Source: Alphaproteobacteria bacterium (GTDB lineage Bacteria > Pseudomonadota > Alphaproteobacteria > JAAXGF01). Taken from it: a DNA stretch of 64,000 nt. Below are positions 11,577 through 25,548 of this stretch, piece after piece. The position numbers and the translations under genes were made by a program. Each line of letters starts with the position of its first letter. Position 1 is the stretch's first letter. The notes beneath the pieces were generated by a model, which ran no database searches, was not told the origin of the DNA, and saw nothing but the letters and a program-made list of their open reading frames with translations. The stretch is taken from NCBI GenBank assembly GCA_963555825.3, contig CAUVXB020000001.1:1024001-1088000 (forward strand), read 5' to 3'.

Positions 11577-13632
11577 CGGTGCCAGTCGCTCCCTTGCGCG
11601 GCGCGACGAACAGCGCGCTGCACTCGGCCATGGTCGGCGAGGCGCGGCTGATCGAGTCGGTCATGTAGAAGTTCGTCATCGGCATCGTGAACGGCGTTGC
11701 GTCCATCGTGCCTGCGGCGCCGAAGGGCTGCCATTCGGCGGGCGTGACGTCGTCGACGTCGGCGAGCTGCGGCGCGATCTCGGCCATACGGACGCGAACG
11801 CCGCGCAGCTTGTCGTAGGCCAAGGATTGGCCCATCGCGGCCGACAATGCGCGCAGAACCTTCCAGTCCTCGCGCGCCGCGCCCGGCGGAAACACGGCGA
11901 GCCGGGTCCGCTGCGGTCGGCCCTCGGTGTTGACGTAGGTCGCGTTCTTCTCGGTATAGGCGGCGCCCGGCAGGATGACGTCGGCGCGGTGCGCGCCGCG
12001 GTCGCCGTGGTGGCCCTGATAGACGACGAACGCATCGCCCAGGCGCTCGGTGTCGATCTCATCGGCGCCCAGCAGATAGACCAGCTCGATGTCGCCGGCC
12101 GCCGCGCCGTCGAGGATAGCGCCGGCATCCCGGCCACCCTCGCCTGGCACCAGGCCGAGATCGAGGCCCGCGACCCGCCCCGCCGCGCAGTGCAGCACGT
12201 TGAAGCCGTTCCAATCATCGCGGACCATGCCGTAGGCCTCGGCGATGGCGCGTGCGGTGGCCAACACCGTGGCCCCGTCGGGTCTCGCCAGCGCGCCCAT
12301 GCCGACGACGATCATAGGCCGCGCGGCGGTGCGTAAAATTTCGCAAAATGAATGCGTTCCGGCGAGTATCTCACCTAATGTTTCAGGTCCGGCGCCGAGC
12401 AGGTCGGCCCTGTAGGTAAGATCCATTGCCGGGCCGACGACGCCGATGCGGAAGCCACCCATGAGATAGCGTTTGCGCAACCGGGCATTGACCAGCGGCG
12501 CCTCGTAGCGCGGGTTCGTGCCGACCAGCAGGCAGGCATCGGCGTCCTCGATTCCGGCGATCGTCGTGTTGAACAGATAGCCCGCGCGCACCGCTGGATC
12601 GAGCTTGGCGCCGTCCTGCCGGCAATCGAGATGGGGCGAACCCAGGGCCGCCATCAGGTCCTTCAACGCGACCATCGCCTCGGCGTCGGCGAGGTCGCCG
12701 GCGAGCGCCGCGATCCGACCGCCCGCGAGACCCTTGGCGCGCTCGGCGACGGCGCCGAGCGCTTCGTCCCAGCCGACCGCCTCGAGGCGGCCGTCGCGCC
12801 GCACCATCGGCGTATCGAGGCGTTGCAGGCGCAGCCCGTCGTTGGCGAAGCGCGTCTTGTCGGAGATCCACTCCTCGTTGACGTCTTCGTTGAGCCGGGG
12901 CAACACGCGCATGACCGTCGCGCCTCGCGCATCGACCCGGATGTTGCTGCCGACGGCGTCGTGCACGTCGATCGTCTCGGTGCGCTGCAGTTCCCACGAA
13001 CGGGCCGCGAAGGCGTAGGGTTTCGACGTCAGCGCGCCGACCGGGCAAAGGTCGATGATGTTGCCCGACAATTCCGAGCTCAACGCCTTCTCGATATAGG
13101 TGTCGATCTCCATGTGCTCGCCGCGATTGACGACGCCGAGTTCGGTGACGCCGGCGATATCGTCGAGGAAGCGGACGCACCGCGTGCAGTGGATGCAGCG
13201 CGTCATGAAGGTCTTGACGAGCGGCCCGAGGTCCTTCTCCTTGACCGCGCGTTTGTGCTCGCCGAAGCGTTTGCTGCCGCGGCCGAACGCCATCGCCTGA
13301 TCCTGCAAATCGCATTCACCGCCCTGATCGCAGATCGGGCAGTCGAGCGGATGGTTGATGAGCAGGAACTCCATCACCCCTTCCCGGGCCTTCTTGACCA
13401 GAGCCGTGTCCGTCTTGATCACCATGCCATCGCCGGCCGGCATGGCGCACGACGCGATCGGCTTGGGAGAACGCTCCATCTCGACCAGGCACATGCGGCA
13501 GTTGCCGGCGATGGCGAGCTTGTCGTGGTAGCAAAATCGCGGCACGTCGACGCCGGCGAGTTCGCAGGCCTGCAGCACCGTCATGCCCTGCGCGACTTCG
13601 ATTTCCCGTCCATCGATGGTGAGTGTCGGCAT
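11569..13632 (-). CDS. nuoG: NADH-quinone oxidoreductase subunit G
   Basis: [43 protein letters not shown]. Confidence 0.97.
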   Translation of the reverse strand: MPTLTIDGREIEVAQGMTVLQACELAGVDVPRFCYHDKLAIAGNCRMCLVEMERSPKPIASCAMPAGDGMVIKTDTALVKKAREGVMEFLLINHPLDCPICDQGGECDLQDQAMAFGRGSKRFGEHKRAVKEKDLGPLVKTFMTRCIHCTRCVRFLDDIAGVTELGVVNRGEHMEIDTYIEKALSSELSGNIIDLCPVGALTSKPYAFAARSWELQRTETIDVHDAVGSNIRVDARGATVMRVLPRLNEDVNEEWISDKTRFANDGLRLQRLDTPMVRRDGRLEAVGWDEALGAVAERAKGLAGGRIAALAGDLADAEAMVALKDLMAALGSPHLDCRQDGAKLDPAVRAGYLFNTTIAGIEDADACLLVGTNPRYEAPLVNARLRKRYLMGGFRIGVVGPAMDLTYRADLLGAGPETLGEILAGTHSFCEILRTAARPMIVVGMGALARPDGATVLATARAIAEAYGMVRDDWNGFNVLHCAAGRVAGLDLGLVPGEGGRDAGAILDGAAAGDIELVYLLGADEIDTERLGDAFVVYQGHHGDRGAHRADVILPGAAYTEKNATYVNTEGRPQRTRLAVFPPGAAREDWKVLRALSAAMGQSLAYDKLRGVRVRMAEIAPQLADVDDVTPAEWQPFGAAGTMDATPFTMPMTNFYMTDSISRASPTMAECSALFVAPRKGATGTDG

Positions 13633-13642
13633 GGTCGGTTCC

Positions 13643-14935
13643 TCAGGCGGCCTGCGGCGACGTCGACGACGTCTTGCGCTCGACGATGCGATGCTCGAGT
13701 ACGGACCGGAAATGCCGGATCAGGCCCTGCACCGGCCACGCCGCGGCGTCGCCCAGCGCGCAGATCGTGTGGCCTTCGACTTGGTACGATACGTCGAGCA
13801 ACAGGTCGATCTCCTCGACCTCGGCGTCGCCCTCGGCGATGCGTTCGAGCACGCGCCACATCCACCCGGTGCCCTCACGGCATGGCGTGCACTGGCCGCA
13901 GCTCTCGTGCATATAGAAGTGCGCCAGCCGCGCGATTGCCCTGATCACGTCGGTCGAGGAGTCCATCACCGTAACCGCAGCGGTGCCGAGGCCCGATTTC
14001 ACCTCGACCAGCGAATCGAAGTCCATCAGCACGGTGTCGCAGATCGATTTCGGGATCAGCGGCACCGACGAGCCGCCCGGGATGACCGCGAGCAGATTGT
14101 CCCAGCCGCCGCGCACACCGCCGGCGTGCTTCTCAATGAGCTCCTTCAGGGGGATGCCCATCTCTTCCTCGACGTTGCACGGATTGTTGACGTGGCCCGA
14201 GATGCAAAACAGCTTGGTGCCGGTGTTGCGCGGCCGACCCAAGCCGGCGAACCAGGCCGGACCGCGGCGCAGGATGGTCGGCGCGACGGCGATCGTCTCG
14301 ACGTTGTTGACCGTCGTCGGACAGCCCCAGACGCCGGCCGCGGCGGGGAACGGCGGCTTGAGGCGCGGCTGCCCTTTCTTGCCTTCGAGGCTCTCGATCA
14401 GCGCAGTCTCCTCACCGCAGATATAGGCGCCGGCGCCGCGATGCAGATAGACGTCGAAGTCGTAGCCCAAGCCGCAGGCGTTCTTGCCGATCAGCCCGGC
14501 CGCGTAGGCCTCGTCGATCGCGGTCTGCAGATAGCGCGCCTCGGCGATGAACTCGCCGCGGATGTAGATGTAGGCCGCGCAGGCGCCCATCCCAAAGCCG
14601 GCCAGGAGGCAGCCCTCGACCAGCTTGTGCGGGTCGCCGCGCATGATCTCGCGGTCCTTGCAGGTGCCCGGCTCGCTCTCGTCGGCGTTGACCACCAGAT
14701 AGGCTGGCCGGTCGCCCGGCTCCTTGGGCATGAACGACCACTTGAGGCCGGTCGGGAAGCCTGCGCCACCACGTCCGCGCAGCTCGGAGTTCTTGATCTG
14801 CTCGACGATCCACTCGCGGCCCTTGGTCATGAGTTCCTTGGTGCCGTCCCAGTCGCCGCGCTTCAAGGCGCCCGGCAGATGCCAGTCCTCCAAGCCATAA
14901 AGGTTGGTGAAGATGCGGTTCTCGTCGCGCAGCAT
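13643..14935 (-). CDS. nuoF: NADH-quinone oxidoreductase subunit F
   Basis: [45 protein letters not shown]. Confidence 0.97.
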   Translation of the reverse strand: MLRDENRIFTNLYGLEDWHLPGALKRGDWDGTKELMTKGREWIVEQIKNSELRGRGGAGFPTGLKWSFMPKEPGDRPAYLVVNADESEPGTCKDREIMRGDPHKLVEGCLLAGFGMGACAAYIYIRGEFIAEARYLQTAIDEAYAAGLIGKNACGLGYDFDVYLHRGAGAYICGEETALIESLEGKKGQPRLKPPFPAAAGVWGCPTTVNNVETIAVAPTILRRGPAWFAGLGRPRNTGTKLFCISGHVNNPCNVEEEMGIPLKELIEKHAGGVRGGWDNLLAVIPGGSSVPLIPKSICDTVLMDFDSLVEVKSGLGTAAVTVMDSSTDVIRAIARLAHFYMHESCGQCTPCREGTGWMWRVLERIAEGDAEVEEIDLLLDVSYQVEGHTICALGDAAAWPVQGLIRHFRSVLEHRIVERKTSSTSPQAA

Positions 14936-15531
14936 TACGGCCCCTCCGCCCGCTGTTGGTGTTTCAGCGTGGTCAGCGCGCCGACCGGCTCCGACGAGAC
15001 GCGCCCGGTCTGCGACCCGGTCTTGGGCTGCTCGCCCTTCATGAGGGTCTCGAGCACATTCCGTGTCGCATCGGCGTCGAGGTCCTCATAGAAGTCGTCG
15101 TTGATCTGCATCATTGGCGCGTTGCAGCAGGCGCCGAGACATTCGACCTCCATCAGCGTGAATAGCCCGTCCTCGGTCGTTTCGCCGATGCCGATGCCGA
15201 GAAAATCCCGGCAGGCATTCAAAACATCCTCCGAGCCGCGCAGCCAGCACGGCGTCGTGCGGCACAGCTGCACCAGGTGCCGACCGACCGGCTTGGTGTT
15301 GTACATGGTGTAGAAGGTTGCGACCTCGTAGACGCGGATGCGCGGCATGTCGAGGTAGTCGGCGACGTAGTCGAGAACCTCCCGCGGCAGCCAGCCGCCG
15401 GCCTGGCGCTGCGCCAGATCAAGGAGCGGCATCACGGCGCTTTGTTGCCGGCCTTCGGGATAGCGCGCGATGAACACCGCCGCCTGCTCGGCGTTCTCTG
15501 GCGAAAACGTGAAGCTCGTGTCCGCGCTCAC
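14935..15531 (-). CDS. nuoE: NADH-quinone oxidoreductase subunit E
   Basis: [30 protein letters not shown]; GTG start overlapping the nuoD stop. Confidence 0.95.
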   Translation of the reverse strand: MSADTSFTFSPENAEQAAVFIARYPEGRQQSAVMPLLDLAQRQAGGWLPREVLDYVADYLDMPRIRVYEVATFYTMYNTKPVGRHLVQLCRTTPCWLRGSEDVLNACRDFLGIGIGETTEDGLFTLMEVECLGACCNAPMMQINDDFYEDLDADATRNVLETLMKGEQPKTGSQTGRVSSEPVGALTTLKHQQRAEGP

Positions 15532-16706
15532 CGGTCGATCTCGCCGAAGACGATGTCCTGGGTGCCGATGATCGTCACCACATCGGCGAGCATATGCCCC
15601 CTGGACATGAAGTCGAGGCCCTGGAGATGGGCGAAGCCGGGCGCCCTGATCTTGCAGCGGTAGGGCCGGTTGCTGCCGTCGGCAATGAGATAGACGCCGA
15701 ATTCGCCCTTTGGCGCCTCGACCGCGGTATAGGTCTCGCCCGCCGGCACGTGATAGCCCTCGGTGTAGAGCTTGAAGTGGTGGATCAACGCTTCCATCGA
15801 GCGCTTCATCTCGGCGCGCGGCGGCGGCGCGATCTTGCGATCCTCGGTCTTGATCGGCCCTTCGGGCATCTCGGCGAGGCACTGGTCGATGATCCGCATG
15901 CTCTGGCGCATCTCGTCCATGCGCACGACATAGCGGTCGTAACAGTCGCCGTTCTTGCCGACCGGGATGTCGAAGTCCATGCGGTTGTAGACGTCGTAGG
16001 GCTGCGCCTTGCGTAAGTCCCAGGCGATGCCCGAGCCGCGCAGCATGGCGCCAGAGAAGCCCCAGTCCATCGCCTCCTCGGGCGACACGACGCCGATGTC
16101 GACGGTGCGCTGTTTCCAAATGCGGTTATCGGTCAGGACGTTCTCGATGTCGTCGAGGCGCTTGGCAAACCCGACGTTGAACTCGGCGATGCGGCCGTCG
16201 AGCCCGGCCGGCATGTCGAGGTGGACGCCGCCCGGACGGATGTAGGCGGCGTGCATGCGCGCGCCCGAGACCGCCTCGTAGAACTCCATCAGCGTCTCGC
16301 GGTCCTCGAACATCCACAGAAATGGCGTCATCGCGCCGACGTCGAGCGCGTGGGTCGAGAGCCAAAGGAGATGATTCAAGATTCGCGTGATCTCGCAGAA
16401 CAGCACGCGGATGTATTGCGCCCGTAAGGGTACGTCGCAGCCGATCAGCTTCTCGACGGCGAGGCTGTAGCAATGCTCCTGCGCCATCATCGAGACATAG
16501 TCGAGACGGTCGAAATAGGGCAGCGCCTGGAGATAGGTCTTGTGCTCGATCAGCTTCTCGGTACCGCGGTGCAGCAACCCGACATGGGGATCGGCGCGCT
16601 CGATGATCTCGCCGTCCATCTCGAGAACCAGGCGCAGCACGCCATGCGCCGCGGGATGCTGCGGTCCGAAGTTGAGCGTGACGTTCTTGATCTGAACTTC
16701 AGCCAT
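15528..16706 (-). CDS. nuoD: NADH-quinone oxidoreductase subunit D
   Basis: [33 protein letters not shown]. Confidence 0.97.
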   Translation of the reverse strand: MAEVQIKNVTLNFGPQHPAAHGVLRLVLEMDGEIIERADPHVGLLHRGTEKLIEHKTYLQALPYFDRLDYVSMMAQEHCYSLAVEKLIGCDVPLRAQYIRVLFCEITRILNHLLWLSTHALDVGAMTPFLWMFEDRETLMEFYEAVSGARMHAAYIRPGGVHLDMPAGLDGRIAEFNVGFAKRLDDIENVLTDNRIWKQRTVDIGVVSPEEAMDWGFSGAMLRGSGIAWDLRKAQPYDVYNRMDFDIPVGKNGDCYDRYVVRMDEMRQSMRIIDQCLAEMPEGPIKTEDRKIAPPPRAEMKRSMEALIHHFKLYTEGYHVPAGETYTAVEAPKGEFGVYLIADGSNRPYRCKIRAPGFAHLQGLDFMSRGHMLADVVTIIGTQDIVFGEIDR

Positions 16707-17310
16707 CTTCGTTGCCCGCCTTCTCGTCGCCCGGCAGGACGTATTCGGCGCTCTCCCACGGGCTCATGAAGTCGAAGCGCCGGAACTCCTGGGTCAACTT
16801 CACGGGTTCGTAGACGACACGTTTCTGCGCCTCGTCGTAGCGCATCTCAACGAAACCGGTGAGCGGGAAATCCTTGCGCATCGGATGCCCTTCGAAACCG
16901 TAATCGGTCAGAATACGGCGCAGGTCGGGGTGGTCCGAAAAATAGATCCCGAAGAGGTCCCAGGCCTCGCGCTCCCACCAGCCGGCCGAATTGAAGACCC
17001 CGGTCACCGACGGCACCGGCGTCTCCTCGTCGGTCGTCAGCTTGATCCGGATGCGCTGATTGTGGCGCAGGCTGAGCAGGTTGTAGACGACCTCGAGACG
17101 CTCGCTACGGCCCGGGTAGTCGACGCCGCAGAGGTCCATCAAGCACTTGAAGTGGCAACCGCTGTCGTCGCGCAGGAAGCTCAACACGCGGACGATCGCG
17201 TTCCGCTGCACCCGCACCATCAGCTCGCCGTGGACGATCTCGACGTCGATGACGGCTTCGGGCAATGCCGCTGCGATATTCTCGCCAAGCTCCTTGAGCG
17301 CTTCAGACAC
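16699..17310 (-). CDS. nuoC: NADH-quinone oxidoreductase subunit C
   Basis: [30 protein letters not shown]. Confidence 0.97.
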   Translation of the reverse strand: MSEALKELGENIAAALPEAVIDVEIVHGELMVRVQRNAIVRVLSFLRDDSGCHFKCLMDLCGVDYPGRSERLEVVYNLLSLRHNQRIRIKLTTDEETPVPSVTGVFNSAGWWEREAWDLFGIYFSDHPDLRRILTDYGFEGHPMRKDFPLTGFVEMRYDEAQKRVVYEPVKLTQEFRRFDFMSPWESAEYVLPGDEKAGNEDG

Positions 17311-17333
17311 GATTTACCTGGCGGCTGGCGCGG

Positions 17334-17882
17334 TTAGCGGAGGATAGTGCCGGTGCGCCGGATCTTCTTCTGCAGTTGCAGAATGCCGTAGAGCAGCGCT
17401 TCGGCGGTGGGGGGACAGCCGGGAACGTAGATGTCGACCGGCACGATACGGTCGCATCCACGCACCACGGAATAGGAATAATGATAGTAGCCGCCGCCGT
17501 TGGCGCAGCTGCCCATCGAGATGACCCAGCGCGGTTCTGCCATCTGGTCGTAAACCTTGCGCAGCGCCGGCGCCATCTTGTTGCACAGCGTGCCGGCGAC
17601 GATCATGACGTCGGACTGGCGCGGGCTGGGCCGGAAAATCACGCCGAATCGATCGAGGTCGTAGCGACTGGCCGCGGTATGCATCATCTCGACCGCACAG
17701 CAGGCGAGCCCGAAGGTCATCGGCCAGAGCGATCCGGTACGCGCCCAGTTGACCAGCTTGTCGACGTTCGAAAGCACGAAGCCCTTGTCGGCTATGGTAT
17801 CGGTGATCGAATGCAGGAGCGCGTCCTGTTCGGCGCCCGGCGCCAGTGGCTGTGCCGGCGCAGCGGTGCTTTCTACTCCCAT
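17334..17882 (-). CDS. nuoB: NADH-quinone oxidoreductase subunit B
   Basis: [33 protein letters not shown]. Confidence 0.97.
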   Translation of the reverse strand: MGVESTAAPAQPLAPGAEQDALLHSITDTIADKGFVLSNVDKLVNWARTGSLWPMTFGLACCAVEMMHTAASRYDLDRFGVIFRPSPRQSDVMIVAGTLCNKMAPALRKVYDQMAEPRWVISMGSCANGGGYYHYSYSVVRGCDRIVPVDIYVPGCPPTAEALLYGILQLQKKIRRTGTILR

Positions 17883-18238
17883 TCCAGTGCCCCCTTCTTC
17901 CACTCGTAGATGAATCCGATGGTGAGCACACCGAGGAAGATCATCATCGACCAGAAGCCGAACAGGCCGATGTCGCCGAGCGCGGTTGCCCAGGGAAACA
18001 GGAACGCGACCTCGAGGTCGAAGATGATGAACAGGAGCGTCACCAGGTAGAAGCGCACATCGAAACGGCTTCGCGAATCGCCGAACGCCTCGAAACCGCA
18101 TTCATAGGACGAGAGTTTCTCGCTGTCCGGCCGCTGCGGCGCGATCAGATACGACATGCCGACCATGGCCATCGCCATGACCGTCGCGATCGCGAAAAAG
18201 ATCAGGATCGGAAGGTATTCAGCCAGCAGCGATTCCAT
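17873..18238 (-). CDS. nuoA: NADH-quinone oxidoreductase subunit A
   Basis: [30 protein letters not shown]. Confidence 0.97.
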   Translation of the reverse strand: MESLLAEYLPILIFFAIATVMAMAMVGMSYLIAPQRPDSEKLSSYECGFEAFGDSRSRFDVRFYLVTLLFIIFDLEVAFLFPWATALGDIGLFGFWSMMIFLGVLTIGFIYEWKKGALEWE

Positions 18239-18416
18239 CGTCACCCCGCTTCATCCGACCACGCCCAGGCGCGGTCCGTTTGCGATGCACCCGCCCCCGC
18301 GGGGCCGCTGACCGAGACGTGCGCGTTAGCAACCACGCGAACGCCCTGAACACTGCCACACGCTTGGTCATTCCAGACTATGGACCAAGCCCACGGCGCC
18401 ACGCTAAACCGCGGCG

Positions 18417-18493
<77 letters not shown>

Positions 18494-18591
18494 GGAATTC
18501 AACAACGCCGGACGATCGATCGTGTACTTGACGGCCCATAGCGTGTCAAGCGCCCCAGACCGCCATTTTTCCGTCCACCGAACCTTTGGAA

Positions 18592-18667
18592 TGGTGGGCG
18601 ATGACGGGCTCGAACCGCCGACCTCCTCGGTGTAAACGAGGCGCTCTCCCGGCTGAGCTAATCGCCC
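18592..18667 (-). tRNA. tRNA-Val(TAC)
   Basis: 76 nt, GGGCGATTAGCTCAG...CCTCG TTTACAC CGAGG...GGTTCGAGCCC...CGCCCACCA. Confidence 0.97.
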
Positions 18668-18689
18668 ATTCGCCGAATTTGATGCAACG

Positions 18690-18729
18690 CAAACAATAAT
18701 GCCGGCCAGTGGGCGTCGACCGGCATTAT
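18690..18729 (-). terminator. probable intrinsic terminator after the HU gene
   Basis: ATAATGCCGG (18696-18705) / CCGGCATTAT (18720-18729) stem followed by TGTTT on the minus strand. Confidence 0.6.
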
Positions 18730-18749
18730 CGCATTACGTGCAATCGGGA

Positions 18750-19025
18750 TCAGTAGTTGACGGCTCCCTTCAGCGCCTTGCCGGCCTTGAATTTCGGTTG
18801 TCTCGAAGCCGCGATGTGAATGCGCTCGCCCGTCCGCGGATTCCGCCCCATCGATGCAGCCCGATTCGCAACACTGAAGGTTCCGAATCCGACAAGGCGA
18901 ACCTCACCACCACCGGCGAGGGCGTTCGCGATCGATTCGAAAACGCTGTCCACAGATTTGCCCGCATCGGCTTTGCTCAAACCGGCGGAACCCGCCACAC
19001 TTGCAATGAGCTCGTTTTTGTTCAC
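18750..19025 (-). CDS. hupB: DNA-binding protein HU
   Basis: GTG start, (M)NKNELIASVA, VRLVGFGTFSV, GRNPRTGE, PKFKAGKALK; GGGGG RBS. Confidence 0.93.
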   Translation of the reverse strand: MNKNELIASVAGSAGLSKADAGKSVDSVFESIANALAGGGEVRLVGFGTFSVANRAASMGRNPRTGERIHIAASRQPKFKAGKALKGAVNY

Positions 19026-19088
19026 TGTTAAGCCCCCTTTAAGGAAGTGATTACGTCCAAATTTTGCGACACGCATATAGCCGCGGTC

Positions 19089-19118
19089 AGTTTATGCTTG
19101 CGGCGGAGGCGGCGTCAA
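19089..19118 (-). promoter_or_regulatory. candidate sigma70 promoter for HU
   Basis: TTGACG-N18-TAAACT on the minus strand. Confidence 0.4.
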
Positions 19119-19178
19119 TGTCCGGGGCGCGCAATTCTGCGATTTTCAGCCGATTCCGCACCGATAATCCGAAACCGA

Positions 19179-19202
19179 GTCGGCGGCCGTGAGGCCGCCG
19201 AC
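19179..19202 (-). terminator. hairpin/terminator downstream of lon
   Basis: Perfect 10-bp stem GTCGGCGGCC-GTGA-GGCCGCCGAC, 24 nt after the lon stop; weak U tract. Confidence 0.5.
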
Positions 19203-19226
19203 AGGATCGTTCTCTCCGAGGCGGAT

Positions 19227-21626
<2,400 letters not shown>

Positions 21627-21716
21627 AGCGTTAACCTCGCGTGTAGCGACGTGGCCGCAATAGCGGTCACGTCCAATCCTCGACGAATCCTCCCCTTAGA
21701 AGTGGGGCCCCCTTAA

Positions 21717-21745
21717 AAATGGGGGAAAGACGGGCTCGGTTCAAG
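21717..21745 (-). promoter_or_regulatory. sigma32 (RpoH) heat-shock promoter for lon
   Basis: CTTGAA-N15-CCCCATTT on the minus strand matches the RpoH consensus. Confidence 0.75.
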
Positions 21746-21749
21746 AGCG

Positions 21750-23018
21750 CTAGGACGCTCCCGAGCTCCGTTCCTCGCGCTGCTCCGAATAGATCAGCAA
21801 CGGCACGGCGCGGCCCTCGACCACTTCCTTGTTGATGACGACCTCTTCGACGTTATCGAAGCTCGGCAGATCGAACATCGGATCGAGCAAGATGCTCTCG
21901 AGGATCGACCGCAGGCCCCGGGCGCCGGTCTTGCGCAAGATCGCCTTCTTCGCGATGTCGCGCAGCGCGTCGTCCGAGAAGGTCAGCCGTACATCCTCCA
22001 TGCTGAACAGGCGCTGATACTGTTTCATCAACGCGTTCTTGGGCTCGATCAGGATCGCGACCAGCGAGTCTTCGTCGAGATCGTCGAGCGTCGCGATGAC
22101 CGGCAGACGGCCGACGAACTCTGGGATCAGGCCGAACTTCAAGAGATCCTCGGGTTCGATGTCGCGCAGGATGTCGCCGGTCCGGCGCTCGTCGGCGGCG
22201 CGTACATCGGCGGCGAAGCCGATCGACGAACCTTGACCGCGCGAGGCGATGATCTTCTCGAGGCCGGAAAAGGCGCCGCCGCATACGAACAGGATATTCG
22301 TCGTGTCGACCTGGAGGAATTCCTGCTGCGGGTGCTTGCGCCCGCCCTGGGGCGGCACCGACGCGATGGTACCCTCCATGATCTTCAACAGCGCCTGCTG
22401 CACGCCCTCGCCCGAGACGTCACGGGTGATCGACGGGTTGTCGGACTTGCGCGAAATCTTGTCGACCTCGTCGATATAGACGATGCCGCGCTGCGCGCGC
22501 TCGACGTTGTAATCGGCCGACTGGAGCAGCTTGAGGATGATGTTCTCGACATCCTCGCCGACATAGCCGGCCTCGGTCAACGTCGTCGCGTCGGCCATGG
22601 TGAACGGCACATCGAGGAAGCGCGCCAGCGTCTGCGCCAGCAGAGTCTTGCCGCAGCCGGTCGGGCCGACCAGCAGGATGTTCGACTTGGCGAGCTCGAC
22701 GTCGTTCGACTTGGCGCCGTGGTTCAGCCGCTTGTAGTGGTTATGGACGGCCACCGAGAGCACGCGCTTGGCGTAGTTCTGGCCAATCACGTAGTCGTCG
22801 AGGACACCGCAGATCTCATGCGGCGTGGGCACCCCGTCGCGCGATTTAACTAGCGCGCTCTTGTGCTCCTCGCGGATGATGTCCATGCACAGCTCGACGC
22901 ACTCGTCGCAGATGAACACCGTCGGCCCGGCAATGAGCTTGCGGACCTCGTGCTGACTCTTGCCGCAGAACGAGCAATACAGCGTGTTTTTGGAGTCGCC
23001 GCCACTCGACTTATTCAT
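21750..23018 (-). CDS. clpX: ATP-dependent Clp protease ATP-binding subunit
   Basis: CSFCGK...ICDECVELC zinc finger, [25 protein letters not shown] loop. Confidence 0.97.
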   Translation of the reverse strand: MNKSSGGDSKNTLYCSFCGKSQHEVRKLIAGPTVFICDECVELCMDIIREEHKSALVKSRDGVPTPHEICGVLDDYVIGQNYAKRVLSVAVHNHYKRLNHGAKSNDVELAKSNILLVGPTGCGKTLLAQTLARFLDVPFTMADATTLTEAGYVGEDVENIILKLLQSADYNVERAQRGIVYIDEVDKISRKSDNPSITRDVSGEGVQQALLKIMEGTIASVPPQGGRKHPQQEFLQVDTTNILFVCGGAFSGLEKIIASRGQGSSIGFAADVRAADERRTGDILRDIEPEDLLKFGLIPEFVGRLPVIATLDDLDEDSLVAILIEPKNALMKQYQRLFSMEDVRLTFSDDALRDIAKKAILRKTGARGLRSILESILLDPMFDLPSFDNVEEVVINKEVVEGRAVPLLIYSEQREERSSGAS

Positions 23019-23136
23019 AACCGTTCACCGTCGGAACGTCGCACTGTGTCATGGCCCATGTTAGCCAAACCGCGCCGCTTTGCACAAGCCTTCAGCAAAA
23101 CACCGGATTCCGTGCCGTTCGGGCCCCATTTCACCG

Positions 23137-23787
23137 TCATTCGTCCTTCGCAGCAGTGTCCGCATCGTCATCCAACGGGGGCCGGCTCGTGAGGACCTCG
23201 TCGATGATGCCGAAATCCTTGGCTTCCTCGGCGCTGAAAAACTTGTCGCGTTCCATACTCTTCTCGATGGAATCGAGGGTCTGACCGGTATGTTTGGCAT
23301 AGATTTCGTTGAGCCGCGCCCGTGTCGTGAGGATTTCGCGCGCATGGATTTCGATGTCGGTCGCCTGCCCCTGAGCGCCGCCCGAGGGCTGATGGACCAT
23401 GATCCGCGCGTTGGGCAGGGCGAAGCGCTTGCCCTCGGCGCCGCCGGCGAGCAGCAACGAGCCCATCGACGCCGCTTGGCCGATGCACAGCGTCGAGATC
23501 GCTGGCCGGATGTACTGCATGGTGTCGTAGATCGCCAGGCCCGACGTCACCATCCCGCCCGGCGAGTTGATGTAGAACGAGATGTCCTTGGTCGGGTTCT
23601 CCGCCTCGAGGAACAGGAGCTGCGCGGTCACCAGGCTCGCCGAGTGATCTTCGATCGGGCCGGTCACGAAGACGATGCGCTCCTTCAAGAGGCGCGAGTA
23701 GATGTCGTAGGCGCGTTCGCCACGCGCCGTCTGCTCGACCACCATGGGCACGAGCTGGTTGGTGATCGTCTCGACGGGGTCAGCCAT
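23137..23787 (-). CDS. clpP: ATP-dependent Clp protease proteolytic subunit
   Basis: [32 protein letters not shown]; alternative GTG start at 23796. Confidence 0.97.
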   Translation of the reverse strand: MADPVETITNQLVPMVVEQTARGERAYDIYSRLLKERIVFVTGPIEDHSASLVTAQLLFLEAENPTKDISFYINSPGGMVTSGLAIYDTMQYIRPAISTLCIGQAASMGSLLLAGGAEGKRFALPNARIMVHQPSGGAQGQATDIEIHAREILTTRARLNEIYAKHTGQTLDSIEKSMERDKFFSAEEAKDFGIIDEVLTSRPPLDDDADTAAKDE

Positions 23788-23816
23788 GTTGGTCACTCGT
23801 CATCAGTTCCACGGAC

Positions 23817-25250
23817 CTAGTCGGATTTCTTCGCGGTCTTCTTCGCGGCCGCCTTTTTCGCGGGCGCCTTTTTCGCCGGCGCCTTCTTGGCGGCCTTCTT
23901 CTTCGGCTTTGCCGTGGCCTCGGGCGCCTCGGCATCCGGGTCGCGCACGAGTTCCTCAAGGGTCACGGTCTTGTCGGTGATCTCGGCCATCTCGAGAATG
24001 AAGTCGACGACCTTCTCCTCGAACAGCGGCGCCTGAAGCTCGTTCATCGCTTCGGGGTTATCGCGATAGTATTTCATGACCATTTCTTCCTGCCCGGGCA
24101 TCGAGCGGGCGCGCATCGCGATCGCGCGGTTGACGTCATCCTGGCCGACCGAAATGCCGTTGCGCTGGCCGACTTCGGAAAGCAGCAGGCCAAGGCGCAC
24201 GCGGCGCTCCGAGATCGCGCGGTATTCCTCGCGCAGCTCGTCCTCGCTGCGCGCCGCGTCGTCCGCATCGAGCCGGTCGTTCTCGCGGTCTTCGGTGATG
24301 CGCTGCCAGATCGCGTCGAACTCGCTGTCGATCATGCCCTCGGGCACCGCGAAATCATAGGCATCGGACAGCGCGTCGAGCAGCGCGCGCTTGAGCTTGG
24401 CGCGCGACAGCCCGCTGTAGTCGCGGGCGATCTGTTCCTTGACGATGTCACGCATCGCGCCGAGGTTCTCGAAACCATGGCTCTGCGCGAAGGCCTCGTC
24501 GACGGCGACTTCCTCGACCGCCTGGACCTCCTTGACGTCGACCTCGAACACCGCCTCCTTGCCGGCCAATCCCTCTTTCGGATAGCCCTCGGGAAAGGTG
24601 ACGTTGACCGTCACGTGATCGCCCGCCTTGGCGCCGATCAGCTGGTCCTCGAAGGTCGCGATGAAGCTCGACGAGCCGAGCTCGATGACGTGGTCGGACC
24701 CGGTGCCGCCCTCGAATGGCGCGCCGTCGACCGAACCGACGAAATCGATCATCAGCGAATCGCCGGATACCGCCGGCCGGCCGTCGGTCACGGCCACGAA
24801 GTTCTTCTCGCGCGCGGCCAGCCGGTCGATCGCCTCGTCGATCTCGCCTTCGCCGACTTGCGCCGTCTCGCGTGTCAGCTTGAGCTCGCGGAAGTCGCCC
24901 GGCTCGATCTCGGGCAGCATTTCGACCGCCAGCGTGTATTCGAGGTCGTCGCCGTCTTCGAACGAGATCGATTCGATGCGCGGCTGCAAGGCCGGACGCA
25001 CGCCCTTCTCGGCGAGCGCCTGGGACGAGGTCTGCTGGAGCGCCTGCTCGAGCACCTCGCCGCGCACCGTTCCGCCGAACCGCTTGCGCAGCAGCTCGGT
25101 CGGCACCTTGCCCGGGCGGAAGCCGGGGATACGCACGGTCCGGCCGAGCTCGGCGAGACGGTCGACGATACGGTTTTCGATGTCCTGTGTTTCGACGACG
25201 ACCTTGTATTCGCGCTTCAGTCCGTCGGCGCAGGTCTCGGTTACGTTCAT
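23817..25250 (-). CDS. tig: trigger factor
   Basis: IPGFRPGKVP signature, FKBP domain, Lys/Ala-rich tail. Confidence 0.97.
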   Translation of the reverse strand: MNVTETCADGLKREYKVVVETQDIENRIVDRLAELGRTVRIPGFRPGKVPTELLRKRFGGTVRGEVLEQALQQTSSQALAEKGVRPALQPRIESISFEDGDDLEYTLAVEMLPEIEPGDFRELKLTRETAQVGEGEIDEAIDRLAAREKNFVAVTDGRPAVSGDSLMIDFVGSVDGAPFEGGTGSDHVIELGSSSFIATFEDQLIGAKAGDHVTVNVTFPEGYPKEGLAGKEAVFEVDVKEVQAVEEVAVDEAFAQSHGFENLGAMRDIVKEQIARDYSGLSRAKLKRALLDALSDAYDFAVPEGMIDSEFDAIWQRITEDRENDRLDADDAARSEDELREEYRAISERRVRLGLLLSEVGQRNGISVGQDDVNRAIAMRARSMPGQEEMVMKYYRDNPEAMNELQAPLFEEKVVDFILEMAEITDKTVTLEELVRDPDAEAPEATAKPKKKAAKKAPAKKAPAKKAAAKKTAKKSD

Positions 25251-25315
25251 TTATGCTGGTGATCCGATTGCGGTAAGCGAGGAATAATTGAAGCACCTTC
25301 GGGGCTCGCGGTCTT

Positions 25316-25400
25316 TGGTGCGGGCGGAGGGACTCGAACCCCCAAGCCTTGCGGCACCAGATCCTAAATCTGGCGTGTCTACCAGTTCCACCACGCCCGC
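25316..25400 (-). tRNA. tRNA-Leu(TAG)
   Basis: 85 nt, GCGGGCGTGGTGGAACTGGTAGAC...CCAGA TTTAGGA TCTGG, long variable arm, ...CCGCACCA. Confidence 0.97.
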
Positions 25401-25548
25401 ACGGCAGCGTTCGCGGACGAATCCGGCACCCGGCCGCCCCGGAGCACGCGCTCTATAGCATAAATGCTCTGCGCGAAACCAGCGCAAAGGGGCAGTTTTC
25501 GGTGATCTCCCGCAACCAACCGCGCGACGGCCGGGTTAGTAAGGAAAA

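Noticed and set aside
23817-23910. PAKK-rich tail of trigger factor
   Set aside because: Low-complexity Lys/Ala tails are common in alphaproteobacterial Tig
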